Notes: generated by a model not told the origin, from the sequence alone. Counted from the first letter of the stretch, positions 23,608 through 41,217 are shown. The stretch: 64,000 nucleotides of DNA from Ministeria vibrans ATCC 50519 (GCA_943704425.1 CALSCP010000556.1:31517-95516), one strand, 5' to 3'. Numbers and translations: made by a program.

Positions 23608-24717
23608 TCAACACATGTGAAGGCCATGGCCCATTGCAGCAACGGCAACGAGAAGGGAGCAGTAGAAGGAGTCGTAGGTCGCGGAGCCGGTCACTTGGCC
23701 CGTAACAGCTGGATTGTAGCGTAGAGTGGTCACCTCAAAGCGCTCACTTGTGTTGGTCCGTGGTGGACCCCCCACTTTGATTTCAATCACATGCGCACTC
23801 AGACTAAAGAAACAAAGACAGAGGGGGGAGGAGGAGGAGGAGAACACAGTAGAGAGTGTGTGAGAGAGAGTGTAGATGATTAGGATGACAACCTTCGGTC
23901 GACGACGAGTCGTGCAGTGACGCCGTTGAAGCCGAGCGAGGTGGATGCAGCAATCGCAGCACAGGCCATAGTATTGACGTTGTTGGGTGCAAGCGGACAC
24001 AGAGGCCGCACTGGGCCCGAGTAGACGACGTACTCGCCACCGTCGGGAGGTGCCAGGGCACACTTAGCACGCAGTGACTCGGCCACCTTGAGCGAGTCAG
24101 GGTGTTTCTTCATGGTGATGGTAAGGTCGTGGAGGGTGCCGAGGTCGGACATCTTCTTGATATCATTGGCGCCCCAGAGTGCCCCTAAGCAGAGAACGAC
24201 GCGAAACGTGAGTGCGTCAATAGTGAGTCTCAACAAGTGCGCATATACGACCACCATCGAATATGTCTCTCTCACCTGACGGAATGTACAGCCCACGACC
24301 ATCTTCAACGGCCGCCTGCCGCAGCAGGGCCGTCTCGACGCCCTCGTCGGCCAGCGCAGTGGGCGAGCCCACAATCAGGTTTGCGTGTGTCAGGAAGCGC
24401 ACCCCGTGCGACGCCACCACGGCCGGATGCGCCACTTCAATGATGTAATCGGCATTCCTTGACGCAAATTCATCCAGGTCCGCCAAAAGAACGCCCTGTG
24501 GAAGGCTCGAATCGGCTGAAACTCGTTCGGGTGTTCTGACAACACACACACACACAAAAAAAAATCACATTTCGTTCCTTTTTCGCCACATCACTCATTC
24601 AATTCACCTGTTCCAAATAAAAGCAATGTCCAGATCTTTGCCAGCAGCTTTGGCAGCGAGTATTTTCGCAGCCAGAAACTGTCCAAGCGATCCGTAACCA
24701 ACAATGCCAATTTTCAT
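23608..24717 (-). CDS. ASPDH: Aspartate dehydrogenase domain-containing protein, multi-exon
   Basis: MKIGIVGYGSLG, IIEVAHP, VGSPTALAD, LYIPS|GALWGANDIKKM, KHPDSL, YSGPVRPLCPLAPNNVNTMA, RYNPAVTGQVTGSATY, GLHMC*. Confidence 0.9.
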
Positions 24718-25022
24718 CTTATGATTTCGTCTCTTTGTCAAAAAAAAAAAATTGAGGACGAAGAAGCTACGAGAGTGGTATTGAAGAGAGTGTGTGGGAC
24801 TGTGCACCGGCGAACGAGACACAGTAAAATAAAACTATAAGGTATAAAACTATAGTTAAATAGTTAATTATTATTTATTACTGTTAATAAATTAAGACTT
24901 GGACAGAATGAACACCTTAGGAATATCTTTTTTTTAAGAACTTTGTACACTTAACGATGTGACGTCGCTGATAATGATGATAGCAAAGAGAAGCCCGATG
25001 AGGTGCCTCAAGGTAAACAAGA

Positions 25023-26729
25023 TCATTCCAATTCACACACTTCAATAGTGACTGCCGACGCTGGAGCAACTAAAACGGGCGCAAGCGCGACCCGAGCAGA
25101 GTCGCGTGTAAGCGACACGGTCTCATTGACACGCGCACCTAAGGGACGACCATCGAGGGATCCAGTAAAAGTCAGACCGGCGTATGTGAGGTGTTTGGCC
25201 GTCAGTGGCTCCTGTGCTTGTGAGGTGGTCCCGTTTAGCCGCACGAGAGTCGCAGTGAGCGACGAGGACACACGAAAGAGTGATGCGTCTAATGACACCG
25301 AGGCATTCATTGGACGGGCACTGTGGTCCTTGGCAATGAGCAACACACGCACACAACACGCCGCAGCAGCAGTCTTTGCGCTCACAAGTGCGTGCACTCC
25401 CGCACGGTACGACTCCGCTGTGTCAATTTTGCTCGTCACGTTGAGCCAGTGCGCTTCAGAGCCTCGTGTCAATTCGGTAAACATCCACAGACCGTAGAAA
25501 AGCGGACGCACTTGAAGTGTCGACGCGTTAAGGGCCATTGGAGTGTAATAGTCTGTGGGACCGCCATGAAATGCCACTTGACTCACTCCCACCTGACTCA
25601 TTTCCGAGAGGTAGTCGAGACTCCACAGGGCGGCACCAAGTGTGTCGCTCACATTGGCCTGACCACCGCACGAGGCCGAGTTGGCTTCGCCCAGGACAAA
25701 CGGGACATTGTGGTCGTGTGCGGTGCGAGCAAGAGGCGCGTACAAAAGTGCAGTGCCGCGCGATGCACGCCACGACAGTAGCGACGACATGGTCACCGTG
25801 TGTTTGGCTTTGCGCCACAGCTTGCACGTACTTGTGGGGTAGTTGTGGATGGAGAGAGAGAAGAGACGCGCCCGGTGCTCCTTGAGGTACGCCGGGAGCA
25901 TGAGTGTGTACTCGGGACGGTACACATCGGCAAAGGTCGCACCCTGCACGACTGTGCTGTTCGGCAACCCATAATCGTTGGTGTACGCTGCAAGAAATTT
26001 GTCAAAGGCCAAGCGGTAGTCGGACGCAAACGACAAATTTGAGTGGGGATGTGTCGAAATGTATGAGTCGCACTCATTCCCGATCTACAAGGAGAATAAC
26101 AGTGTTGACATTCTTCTGTGTCGAAGCGCTCGTCGGCCTACCTCGACAGCAGAAACAACGCCGCTTGAAAAGAGCCCCATAGACACGGCCGTTTGAATCT
26201 CGCGACCGCCAAGCGCAGCGTGCTGGCTGGCGAGGTTGGTGTCGAGAATGAACGAGACGTTCAGCTGGTGATTCGCAAGCGCTGCCGCAGCAAAATCACG
26301 ATATGCCGTCAGATCTGCTCGTGTAAGGTTCACTGTGCAGCCCATGGCAGCCTCACTCGGCGCATAGTCAAAGCAGGAGTTGTCCGCTGAGTTGCCACCG
26401 ACGCGAATCAACAGCGGCTGCTTAAGACGCGTCCCAGGCGGCTGCGACGCCCGCAACACACCCAATGCGTTCAGATAGGACAAACGGGGTTGCGACGATG
26501 GCTTCCCAAGCGTTCCCTGCTCGGTGAGCAGCACGCGCGCTTTGTTTGTCTCCATTGAAAGTCCCACCACATTCGGAGGAATCGTCGTCGGTTGCGCAGA
26601 CAAGGAAGAGGACACGTGGATCGAAAAGGACACCGGTAGATCACTCTTGATCTCCGGAGTGGGTGGGGTTGGTTCGCCCCAACATGCAAAATGCGTTAGC
26701 GCGACAAGTGCGAAAAATATCCGAATCAT
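25023..26729 (-). CDS. Secreted glycoside hydrolase family 79 (beta-glucuronidase/heparanase-like), 2 exons
   Basis: Signal peptide MIRIFFALVAL; GLSME; IRVGGNSAD; spliced VE|IGNECD (acid/base); SIHNYP; FVLGEANSASCGG..VSDTLGAALW (nucleophile); RPLFYG. Confidence 0.88.
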
Positions 26730-26964
26730 TAGAAAAACAATAACAATAATTTTTAACAATTTTTCATGTTTTAATAGTGATTGTGAGTATGTGACTCAAA
26801 CGAATAAAAATCCTTCGCACGGGGACAAACTGTTCACAAAATAATGACATATAAATTGATTCAAAGTCATTACATTGGAAATGTGATCTACAAGTTCTCT
26901 CGAGCGCTACAGAAACTGAACATAATAATGTATCTCTTCATATTAAAACAATATCTCTTACGGT

Positions 26965-27733
26965 TCACTTGTAAAACTGACGGACAATGACAACGGGACA
27001 GGGAGCATGGTGCGAGCAGTAGTCGCTGGTGTTGCCCAAGAGAAGTCGTTGCAAGCCAGTGCGTCCTTTGCTTCCGACGACAAGTGCGGTTGCTTGAAGT
27101 TCCGACGCGCGCTCGACGATCACTTTGCCGCGCGTCTCGTCCTCTTTGATCACATGGCAATCAAAGGTCAGCTTGGAAATAAAAGACGGAACAACAAAAC
27201 AAAACAAAACAAAAAAAAACAAAAACAAAAAACGAAATTGGTGAGTGAAAATGAGTCAAAGTTGAGGCGATGTTGACAAACCTTGCGATCTTTTGCTTCT
27301 TTCACGTACGGCCCGACATCAAAGCGCGCCCAGTACGCCTCCTACGCAGCACGCATGAGGCAACGACCACCGGCCTACACCCAATGCTTACCCGGTCGTG
27401 CACTTTCTGGTCTGTGGGTGTGCCTGTGTGAGGAGAAGGAGACGGAATCAGCGAAGGAGTGCGCGAAGTGCGAGGTTTTCGTCTCTCTGACTGATATGTT
27501 GCGACAGAGCATCGTCGCCGCTCACATGAAGCAGGTGGAATACAGTGGAGTCTCTGGGAAAGTGTGAGACGGCCCAGTCGAAGGCAGAGCGACTGGGTTC
27601 GCCACGGCAGACGGCAATAACGACAATCTGCGAGTTCACACACAAGACGGTTAAAATATTCATGGAATATGCAGTCATGGTGGCACCGCGGTACTCATAA
27701 GGCAGTATTGTAGTAGTGCAGTACCTCAGACAT
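26965..27733 (-). CDS. Universal stress protein (USP) domain protein, multi-exon
   Basis: MSE|IVVIAV..SRSAFDWAV..FHLLHV; ALVVGSKGRTGLQRLLLGNTSDYCSHHAPCPVVIVR. Confidence 0.88.
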
Positions 27734-28145
27734 TATAAAATATTACGAAAATCAAAAAAATCAAAAAAAAAAGTTTGATTGAATAATTTTTTTATTATTT
27801 TGACTGTTGTTATATTTTTTTGTATCTGCGTGATTTTATTGTAAACGAGTAAGAAGTTAACTGTAATGACTAATGAGTGTTACCAGAGTGTGATCAGCAA
27901 TGTGTGGTGCTTAAAGCGAGCGGAAGATTTGTCAAAAAGACAATTTGCTCTTATGCAATTGCGACATCATAATCATACGGACACTTCCGTGCACACAGAG
28001 CGATTGCTGACCCCTGGAATGTTTAAACGTGAACCTTTGCTGACCATGAGACATGCGCATGTGTCGTCTGACCCTCTTGTTTTCCTACAGACGGCGGGTT
28101 GAGCAAATTTGAGTGAACTTGCGAACTGCCACCAAAAATAACCAA

Positions 28146-29292
28146 ATGGAAAATGTACGTCAGGAAGTCTTCGACGCGGCCCGCCGCAACGATGTCGGCG
28201 CACTGTATAGAATCATCACCAAAAACCCAGAGGCGTTTGCCGAAAGGTATGGTCTCTTTGTGGGTTTTTGGAGTGTTGATGCAATAACGGCTTCTTCCTT
28301 TTGTGTGTGTGTGTGTGTGTTGTGTGTGTGTGTAGAGACGGCATGGGCTTTTCGCCTCTGCTGACTGCCTTCCGCCACGGCTCCTACAAGGCCGTTGAGT
28401 TTATCCTGTACATTAATGGGCTTCTCCAACACCATGGCGCACTTCCCAAACGTGCGGTTGTGCGCCAATTCTTTCGCGAGCGCTCTCAGTCTCGCAGCAC
28501 TGCACCGCAGCCGACGGTCACGGCGGCGCGCCTTCCTCAAGTTCATGAGACGACCATTGACAAGTCGATGGGGGTGTCGGGCTTTGCCATGCTCGAGGAG
28601 CTTGAGCCTCAGTCGAACGACGACATTGAGGGTGGAGAAGGTGCGCGCAGTGAGTGGCTCCAGCTCAACACTGGCTACCATCACGAGTTCTCCGACGATC
28701 TCGTGGCCATGTTCCCGCAGTGCGAGCGTGTTGTCATCGACATGATGCTAGAGGCGTCTAATGGCGATCCATCATGCGCGGCCGAGAGCCTCCTCGAGAT
28801 GATGGGTACACCGGCGCAGCCAGACAAGGACGCTGAGCGTGAGGCCATTGTAAGTGATTCGCCTGAGGAGTGGCCATCGTTGGCCAAGGCGCAAACTCGC
28901 GCACCGGGTGCTTGCGGTGAAGATCGTCTTGCGGAGTGGAGCATGATTGTGCCATGCGAAGAGCTCCCAAAGAGCGAAACGACAAAGGAGTCACTGCAAG
29001 AAGAAGAAACAGAGGAGGAGGAGGAGGAGGAGGAGGAGGAGGATTGGGATCTGGTTGAAGACGACGACACCAACAACGTCATGGCAATGGACGAAGCGGA
29101 GTTTTTCAGTGGCAGCGAGACAGACGAGGAAGAAGCGCAAGGAGAAGAAGCGGATGATGAGAAGGTCGGGTTTGGACTCGAGTGGTCGTTCTTCGGAGAC
29201 GCATCAGTGCCCAACGCACACACTCCCGCTGCACCCCAAGAACTCTCTTCCTACGCATCCATTGCTGCATCTGTCGCACAACAGGCCGCTCC

Positions 29293-29323
<31 letters not shown>

Positions 29324-29491
29324 GAGAAACAGTCGAAGCGACCGAGGAAAGCAAAGGAGCAAGCACTCCACAATGAGACGACTGCAACTGCACCTGCTGA
29401 ATGGGAGCGTAGTGAGTTTGGCTATGACACGTCTAAGCTAAGGACTCGTGCTCAAATTATTCCGCGACGCAGAGATCAAAAGAGACGTTGA
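28146..29491 (+). CDS. Ankyrin-repeat + CUE-domain protein with acidic tail, 2 exons
   Basis: VFDAARRNDV..|DGMGFSPLLTAFRHGSYKAVEFIL (ankyrin); LVAMFPQCERVVIDMMLEASNGD..AAESLLEM (CUE MFP and LL motifs). Confidence 0.75.
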
Positions 29492-29622
29492 AAGTATGAA
29501 TAAAGTTCAATTTTATTTATTTGGAAATGTATTCTTCTTCATTTATTTAGAACATGGTTCTGAGCTGTTTGCGTTGTCGCTTTTCGTTTGTGATTAAAAA
29601 TAAATTGGAAATGTCTTCTTCT

Positions 29623-34057
<4,435 letters not shown>

Positions 34058-34557
34058 TGTACAACGTCTCTTAGTAGCGAGAGAAAGTCAATAAGTAGTT
34101 AATAGACTGATCGCACCAAATTCTTATCCAATTCAATTTGTCAGATTGGTTGAGCAATCGATCGAAAGTTACGTAACTCAACCCATTGAGTCTCATAAAA
34201 CGGGATGGAAAGGACGCCTACGCACAAATCACCAGATCGACATGCACATCAACACATATAGCATTCAGCAAGCCTATGGCAGCTCTGCGGGCCTGCAAGA
34301 GTGTGTGGAAACGACCAAAGTTTTCGTTTGTGTGGTTTGAATTTGGTTTTTTTTATATATAAAAAGGAAAATTACTCGTGAACGCACAGACAGCGTGCGC
34401 AACGTTCTAGACTTCTAGTGAAAGCAGTGTACGACTGTACGTCGTTGATCGTACGACTGTACGCTTGCACAGTTACACTGAGACTCCACCAAAGTATTTG
34501 GAAATCAATCAGTTTGATCATTGATCATTCACTTTCATTGAGTGACTTGCACTTGGG

Positions 34558-37500
34558 ATGAGTCTGTTTAAGACTCGCACATACTGGGCTCAAACGGCTG
34601 GCGCTAATGAGGCATGATCATGAGCTGCATATTGTCTTCTTCTTTTTCCTATTCTTCTTTTTTTCGCTCTGTGTCACTCAAACTCAAAAAAAAAAACAAT
34701 ATCCGTCGTCTCTTTCATTAGGAATTTGACACTGGTTGCATGTGCGTGGGGCGCGTAGACGGCAGCGACGACAATGTTATTGTGGTGGGCAGCTTCACCG
34801 GGCACTTGCGGGTGTACGAGCCACGCAGGGCGCCCTTGGACGCCAGCAACGGCATTCACGACGCGAGCGACAACGACAGTGGCGACAACGGATCATCTGA
34901 AATAGTCGCTCCCTCCTCCATTGAGGTGCTTCCGGAACACCTGCTGCTTGAAGTGCAGCTGGAGCAGCCCGTGCTGCAGGTGGACTTTGGCCGGTTCGTC
35001 TCGCAACGGCCCGAAGTGGCCGCTCTGGCGGTGCTCCATCCGCACAAGCTTGTCGTGTACACTGTCGACCTTGTTCTTCCGTCGCGACCCGGCAAGAAGC
35101 GCTCCGAGCCCATGTGGCGCAACGAAGTCGCCAATGCCCAGCCCTTCAGCATGCCAGGCGCGCCCTCCTACCACACTCTCTCGCGTGCCTACGAACATTC
35201 CTTTGACCCTCACACCTCAGCCTGTTCCCTCACCATCGGTCCGTTTGGTCGTGTTCAGGTGACCGCGAAAACAAAAACATCAAAAGAGATCAATAGTACA
35301 TGCATGTACATGCATCATGCATGACACGACAAAAGTGATCTATGTCGACATTATCGACTCTAATATTAATACGACTACAGACCACAGCAAGAAGCCTCGT
35401 GTTTGACATACGTCGCAAACAACAACGCATAATTACTAATTATTTTCTATTATTTTATTTTCTCAATTTTATTATTATTATTATTATTAGCTCTTGATTC
35501 TCTATTAACTTTTATTTTCTTATTATTATTATTATCATTTCACTATCCGAAGGGAAATGTCATTTTGTTTGTATTATTAGAAGAGAAAAATGTTAAATGT
35601 ACAAAATAAAACCCTTATTTCTTTTTAGGGTCGCGATTTCATAGCAGTGCAACTATTGGACGGTTCGGTGCGCGTGTACGAGCAAGACTTGTTTGCCTTT
35701 GAACGGGTGCTCGTTGCCGAGACTGTTGTGCCCGGTACGCTCACATACTGTGGTGATCTTGACTCGTTTGTGGTGGGAGAAACGGATGGGCGCGTTATGG
35801 CGTTGCCGTACGGAACAGTGCGAGGTTCAACAGGTGACGGCACACTTGCTGGCACAGCAAACGCAGTGGCACAGACGTGTGTGCCAGAGTGGACAGTAGA
35901 CGTGGGTGAGAGTGTGCGTTCTGTGATGTACGCCCGAAACGTCGCACGGCACAGCCCCGATCCCTCGCAATCACAACAACAACTCACTCGCGACGCACTC
36001 ATCGTGTTGGGCTCTCGCTCAGTATTCTTTATCAAACCCACCACGGGGCACATAAGCGCAAGCAAAGCCTTTGAACATGCTCCCATTTGCTGCTGTGTGT
36101 ATCCTCAACAACGCCAAAAGGGCGCAAGCATCGACAGCAAACCTTCATTCACAAGTGGTCTCCTTGTTCTCACCGCAAACAATGTTCTTTCCGTCCTGCG
36201 CAACGACCAACAGCTTCTGTGGGCCGCACACGTCGACCAACCTCACGCTCAACACGCTCTCACTGTCCAACTTGCAGTCCACTCCTTTGCCTTCGTACCC
36301 GCCCTTATTGTCACCCTCTCTGACCAGGGCCATCTAACGCTTAGCTACCTCGGCACACGTACACACAACAACAACAAACCAATTAACGCACTCTCGGATC
36401 TCCCACAACAACAAAAACAACAACAACAACAACAACAAGATTTCTCGCGCGTCGCCTCCGAAATGACTCTCCTCCAGCGCCAAATATCCCAACAACACCA
36501 AGCGCTTACTCGCTCCCTCTCTCAGCTCTCCAATCACTCTCAATTACGACCGTACTGCAATAACCCATGAGTGCACATTGGCAAGTTTAACATGTTTTCT
36601 TTTTTGTAGAGACGAACCTCGATTGGAGATTAACAGTGTTGTGCCCTCACAACCCGACCAAATCGCTCATAGTAGTAACGCCGACGTCAAGGATAATGAT
36701 GTGACAGCACAGCTTATGGCCGAACCCACTCTAACAGTCCAAGTGCAGCTCACGCTCAACTCACCCACCGGCACAGCACTCACTGACCTCCGGATGTATC
36801 TCTCTCCACCCGCTCACATCGAAGTGCGCTCACTCACTCACCAACAACAGCAACACGATGATGATCATTCCCAACAGTATTGTGTACATCTGAATCGCAT
36901 CTCACCCGCAAAAGCACTCAATGTTCCTCTGCGCATTCAACTCTCGGCCGATCTGCTGCCGTCCTCCCCCGTTCTCCCCATCACCATCACATACCCTATC
37001 CCGTCCTCGGGTGGTGCCTTTGCCACTGCCCGCCACAACCTCCCTCTGCCTCTCTCCCTCATCGCCCATCGTGTTTCCCCTCATAAGGACGCCCGCTTTC
37101 GTCTCACTCTCGACACATCACAATCTCATCCCATCGCACTCACCACCCTCTTCTCCGACCTCGTCAACCACCACACAACAACCGCAATCACAGAGCACGC
37201 TGCAGACACCACCACAAACGCACTCGGAATTGCTCTCTACTGCGGCCCTATCATCACTCTCATCCCTTCAAAGCATTCTGGTCGCATCCGCATCCAATCC
37301 AATCACTTTGAGGCGCTCTGGTCTCCGCTCGAGTCCCTTGTCAATCGTCTTTCCTCTCAAAACGTCTCCCTTTCATTCCACTCGGAGCTTCCTCTCGAGC
37401 AGTACTTTTTCTTTCTCGACCGTCATTTTGAAGTAATTTAGCGAGAGAGAGAGAGAGAGTATGTGTGTGTGTTTTGTTTTTTACAAAAGTGCTTCACTCA

Positions 37501-38352
37501 GCCCTCTTCTGATCATTTAGGTTCGGTTAAAATTGCAATCGGTTCAGCGCGAAATTCATCGCAAAACGCGACTTTTTCGCGCTCTTGAAAAGCGCTTTCT
37601 CGCCACACTCAGCGAAAAGAGATCACAGAGTGAGATGAAGGACAAACACGAGAAGAACGATTCACTCTCTGGTTTGGAGTTACTTCTCGAAGAATGTTTC
37701 CAAAAGGTAACAAAACAAAACACAAAAAGGAAACAGAAAGCTTAGAGTGAAATGGTTTTGCAAAGGTGATGGAGCTGAGTGAAAGCGCGGTTCAAATGCG
37801 AATTGAGCTTGACGATGCCGCAAATTCTCTCGCGTGTGCAAATCGAGTGATTGCGCAACTCATTAGGTCCGCAAAACTAAAAACAAAAAAGAAGTAGAAG
37901 AAAGAGGATGACTGTTATCTTTTGTTTGTTTTTTTTTAGATTGACCAATAGTGACAGTGAAATAGACAGTGCCATTGCAAATGTGTTTTTGTCGGACGTC
38001 TCATCGCTCAGTGTCAGTTCCGCTGACAATGAGTGTTCTCTCGATCAATTGAGGTGACACATTGAATGTTTTATTGTAGATTGTAGTAAGACTTTCTTGT
38101 GTGTAGGTTTGTTGGGTGGGAAGAAAGTGCTGATTTGGCACTGGTTTCCTTGCTGAGAGGTCCATTGGCCAAGTCTAAGAAAGAAAAAGAAGGTTTGTTT
38201 TTGGTGTCTTATTGAAGATTTGAATTGAAATTGTTTTGATAGGAACCAATTCGAGTGCGATTGAGATGAGTGAAGATACGGTGCGACTCAAGAGACACAT
38301 TGTAATGGTTTGTGAGCGCATTCAAAAGTACTCAAAAGAGTCGATTGAATGA
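34558..38352 (+). CDS. BBS9: BBSome subunit BBS9 (PTHB1), multi-exon
   Basis: MSLFKTRTYW..NE|EFDTGCMCVG..IVVGSFTGHLRVYEP, LLLEVQLEQPVLQVDFGRF, LAVLHPHKL, GRDFIAVQLLDG, LLWAA, LSYLGT, SKHSGRIRIQS, FRALEKRFL, GWEE, RLKRHIVMVCERI. Confidence 0.93.
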
Positions 38353-38632
38353 AGTATATAAATTCTTGACACACACCGAACCGGAACAGTTGTTGACATT
38401 CACGTTTTCAAAGTATTCCCGGATTCGTATGAACCATGCTTCAACCTTACTTAATAGACCAGTACGTCGTATTTTAATGACTATTAATTAATTGTGGCTG
38501 CAGTGTCTTTCTTGTTGGTACCAAGCAAGCTCCACGCTCGCTGCGACTTTGCGTCCTTTCCAAACCCGATTTATAGATCAAGGGGAAAACAAACAATTAT
38601 TTATTTATTTATTTACTGTCATATAAATAAAG

Positions 38633-38890
38633 TTATTCGAGAGACTGAATGTCAGCGTGAGGAGATTTCGATTCGAATGAGGAGACAACGGTCGAGACAA
38701 TTTGCGGGAAAATTGTGCGAGGGGCTTTTTCGCCCCAAATCATTTCGACGTGTTGATAATCGGGATCGCAATGGACTGTGGTGGTTTCGGAGGGAAGTGT
38801 GTTGAGGAGCCAGGGGATGTCGGTGAGGCCGTCACGGGCACCTGGAGAGCAGAAGAGTTGTCATCATTAATATAATAATAATTATTATTA

Positions 38891-38942
<52 letters not shown>

Positions 38943-38976
38943 GTTATTATTATTATTATTATTATCATTATTATTA

Positions 38977-39010
<34 letters not shown>

Positions 39011-40315
39011 CATTATTATTATCATTATTATTATTATTATTATTATTAGGCTGAGAGCTGCCATTGTGGTAAGGGTAATCGTAATTAATAATTGAGATTA
39101 TTATTAGGGCAAGGGTTATCATTTGGATTACACATAATGTAAGGGTTTGAGCTTTCTCTCTCTCTTGTGTCTCCTTTGTCGTTACCATAGTAAATGTGGG
39201 TCGGAATGCGTATCTGATGAATGGGATACTTTTGAGACACATAAGAGCGATATTTTGATCCACTCGTATACAATTCATCAAACCTAAACACGAAAATGTA
39301 AAAAAAATTCTTCAGTCCCTCAAACTCACTCAAAATCACCCAACATCAGTCAAACTCATTAAATTTCACTCAACCCCACTCAAACGCCCACACACTCACA
39401 GTTATATATTATTTTCTTTGCACGTACATCTCAAAGGAACCCGACGATGAAATCTGCATCCAATGCACAATGACCTTTACACTTGTCGTACTGTACAAGT
39501 GCGCAAAATGCACTTGTTTGCGCGCCTCACTTCCGTACATGTTCATTTGCCACCCAAACAGAGACTACAGAAGAATGATAATTATTATTATTGTAAATTA
39601 TTATAAATACTATGACTAACAAAGCTCACAATTGCACCTTAAACGTAATCATCAAAAAGTAACACACACAACACAACAACAACAGAAACGGGTCATTGCA
39701 CTAATCATTATTATAGCAATCAATTGTTATTATATTATTACCGAACAAGCAGTGTCAATCGCACTCGCAAATGTTTTACGGGTCAGCAGATTACGCCAGA
39801 AATAGACAGAGGGCCACATTGAGTGACGGCCAAAGAACAGAAAGACAGAATCGGGCGCAATCCGCACAAAAGTCCGAAGAGAACCCTCTTTAAAGCCTAC
39901 AAAAACCATTTTCGTCAACTCTCCCTCACACACGTTCTCACACACTTTTTCACACATAATTATTAACAATCATAGACACTGATGTGACGAAAAGAAAATA
40001 TGACGTATTATTTTTGTGTGTTTTAGTGCCTGTGGATTTGCACGCTGGAGCAAGAGCGCAGAAGACTGAAATTTTGTGCCTCAGAGCGGGAGTGAGAGAA
40101 AAGCAGGCAAAAGCGAGTGCAGTGCCCTGCGAAAAGCCCACGTATGCCAGCCGAGTGTGGTCTGTGTGCGATAGTGCGTGGTCAATGCATGCTGGGATAT
40201 CATTGTGTGCCATTTCGTCCAGTGAAAAGTCCCAAAAGGCCGCAGATTGTGGCTTCAGCGAGGTGTGTCGTGTGCTACGGGAGGGAGGACATGTCATTTG
40301 CACATAATACTGTCA

Positions 40316-40351
<36 letters not shown>

Positions 40352-40972
40352 GACATGCATTGCAGCTCAAAACAGCTCCATTCGGTACCTGTAGCGATTG
40401 CCACGGCAATTGGCAAGCCAGACGTCGCAGCCAGCATCAACAAGCTGAAAAGCGAGCGCATCGGGCGTCACCACCCACACCTCAGAGCACATGAGGAGTC
40501 CGTGGACCATGAGGACCGGTGGCTTGGCGCGGTGTGTAGCGGAGCCGGTGTCGTGAGCCTGGCCATCGCGCCGGCCCACAATGCGGTGCAGGGTCAGCAT
40601 GTAGCCATCGCGCGTCTTGACGTAGTGCTCCTCGCCCACATAGCCGTGCAGAGCGACCAGTTCCATCGTCGACATGTCCATGGCGGCATCTTCCAATGGT
40701 GTGTCGCTACGGAACACACGGCGGCCCTGCAGCACCATCTTCTCTCGGAGGCTGTCGAGTGCAGCAACAATGGGCCGGGGCACCAGGGAGAACACGGCGC
40801 GTGTGACGAATTCGATGAGGACGACGATGAAAGCAAACAGCTAAGCGCAAGTTCACGTGAAAAGGATAAGACACGAGAAAGAGAGCGAAAGGGAGGCGCT
40901 GTCGCTCGCCAGTACCAATCGCAGGTAGCCACGCATGCCATGTGAGAAGAACCGACGGCCAGGAACCGCCAT
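38633..40972 (-). CDS. Acid lipase / sterol esterase (LIPA/Tgl1-like alpha/beta hydrolase), multi-exon
   Basis: N-terminal hydrophobic anchor; EEHYVKTRDGYMLTLHRI, PVLMVHGLL, DVWLANCRGNRY, FWDFSLDEMAHND, YVGFSQG, VKVIVHWMQI, RDGL, YQHVEMIWG; TAA at 38633-38635. Confidence 0.9.
38870..39048. repeat. Intronic (TTA)n microsatellite
   Basis: Seen directly. Confidence 0.95.
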
Positions 40973-41217
40973 TGGAAAGAGAGAGTAAATTCAACTGAAC
41001 TGGATTGAAATGTACAGTGTTACTCATTTGACATTTCACCACTCATTTTAAAGATGTCACTTGAAATGTTCTATTTGCTCACTATAAGATTTGCACACAG
41101 ATATGAGGTACTACATCGATAGAGCGATGTCTTTAAATCGCTCACTGGCATTCCTGTCATTGTCTCATATTGCGGCAACCCAAACAAACAATCGAGTGTG
41201 CACTCATTACTACATGG

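Noticed and set aside
38495-38590. Twister ribozyme or TPP riboswitch resemblance (GGTACCAAGC; GTCCTTTCCAAACCCGAT)
   Set aside because: Required conserved cores and pairings (e.g. UGAGA for TPP) are absent.
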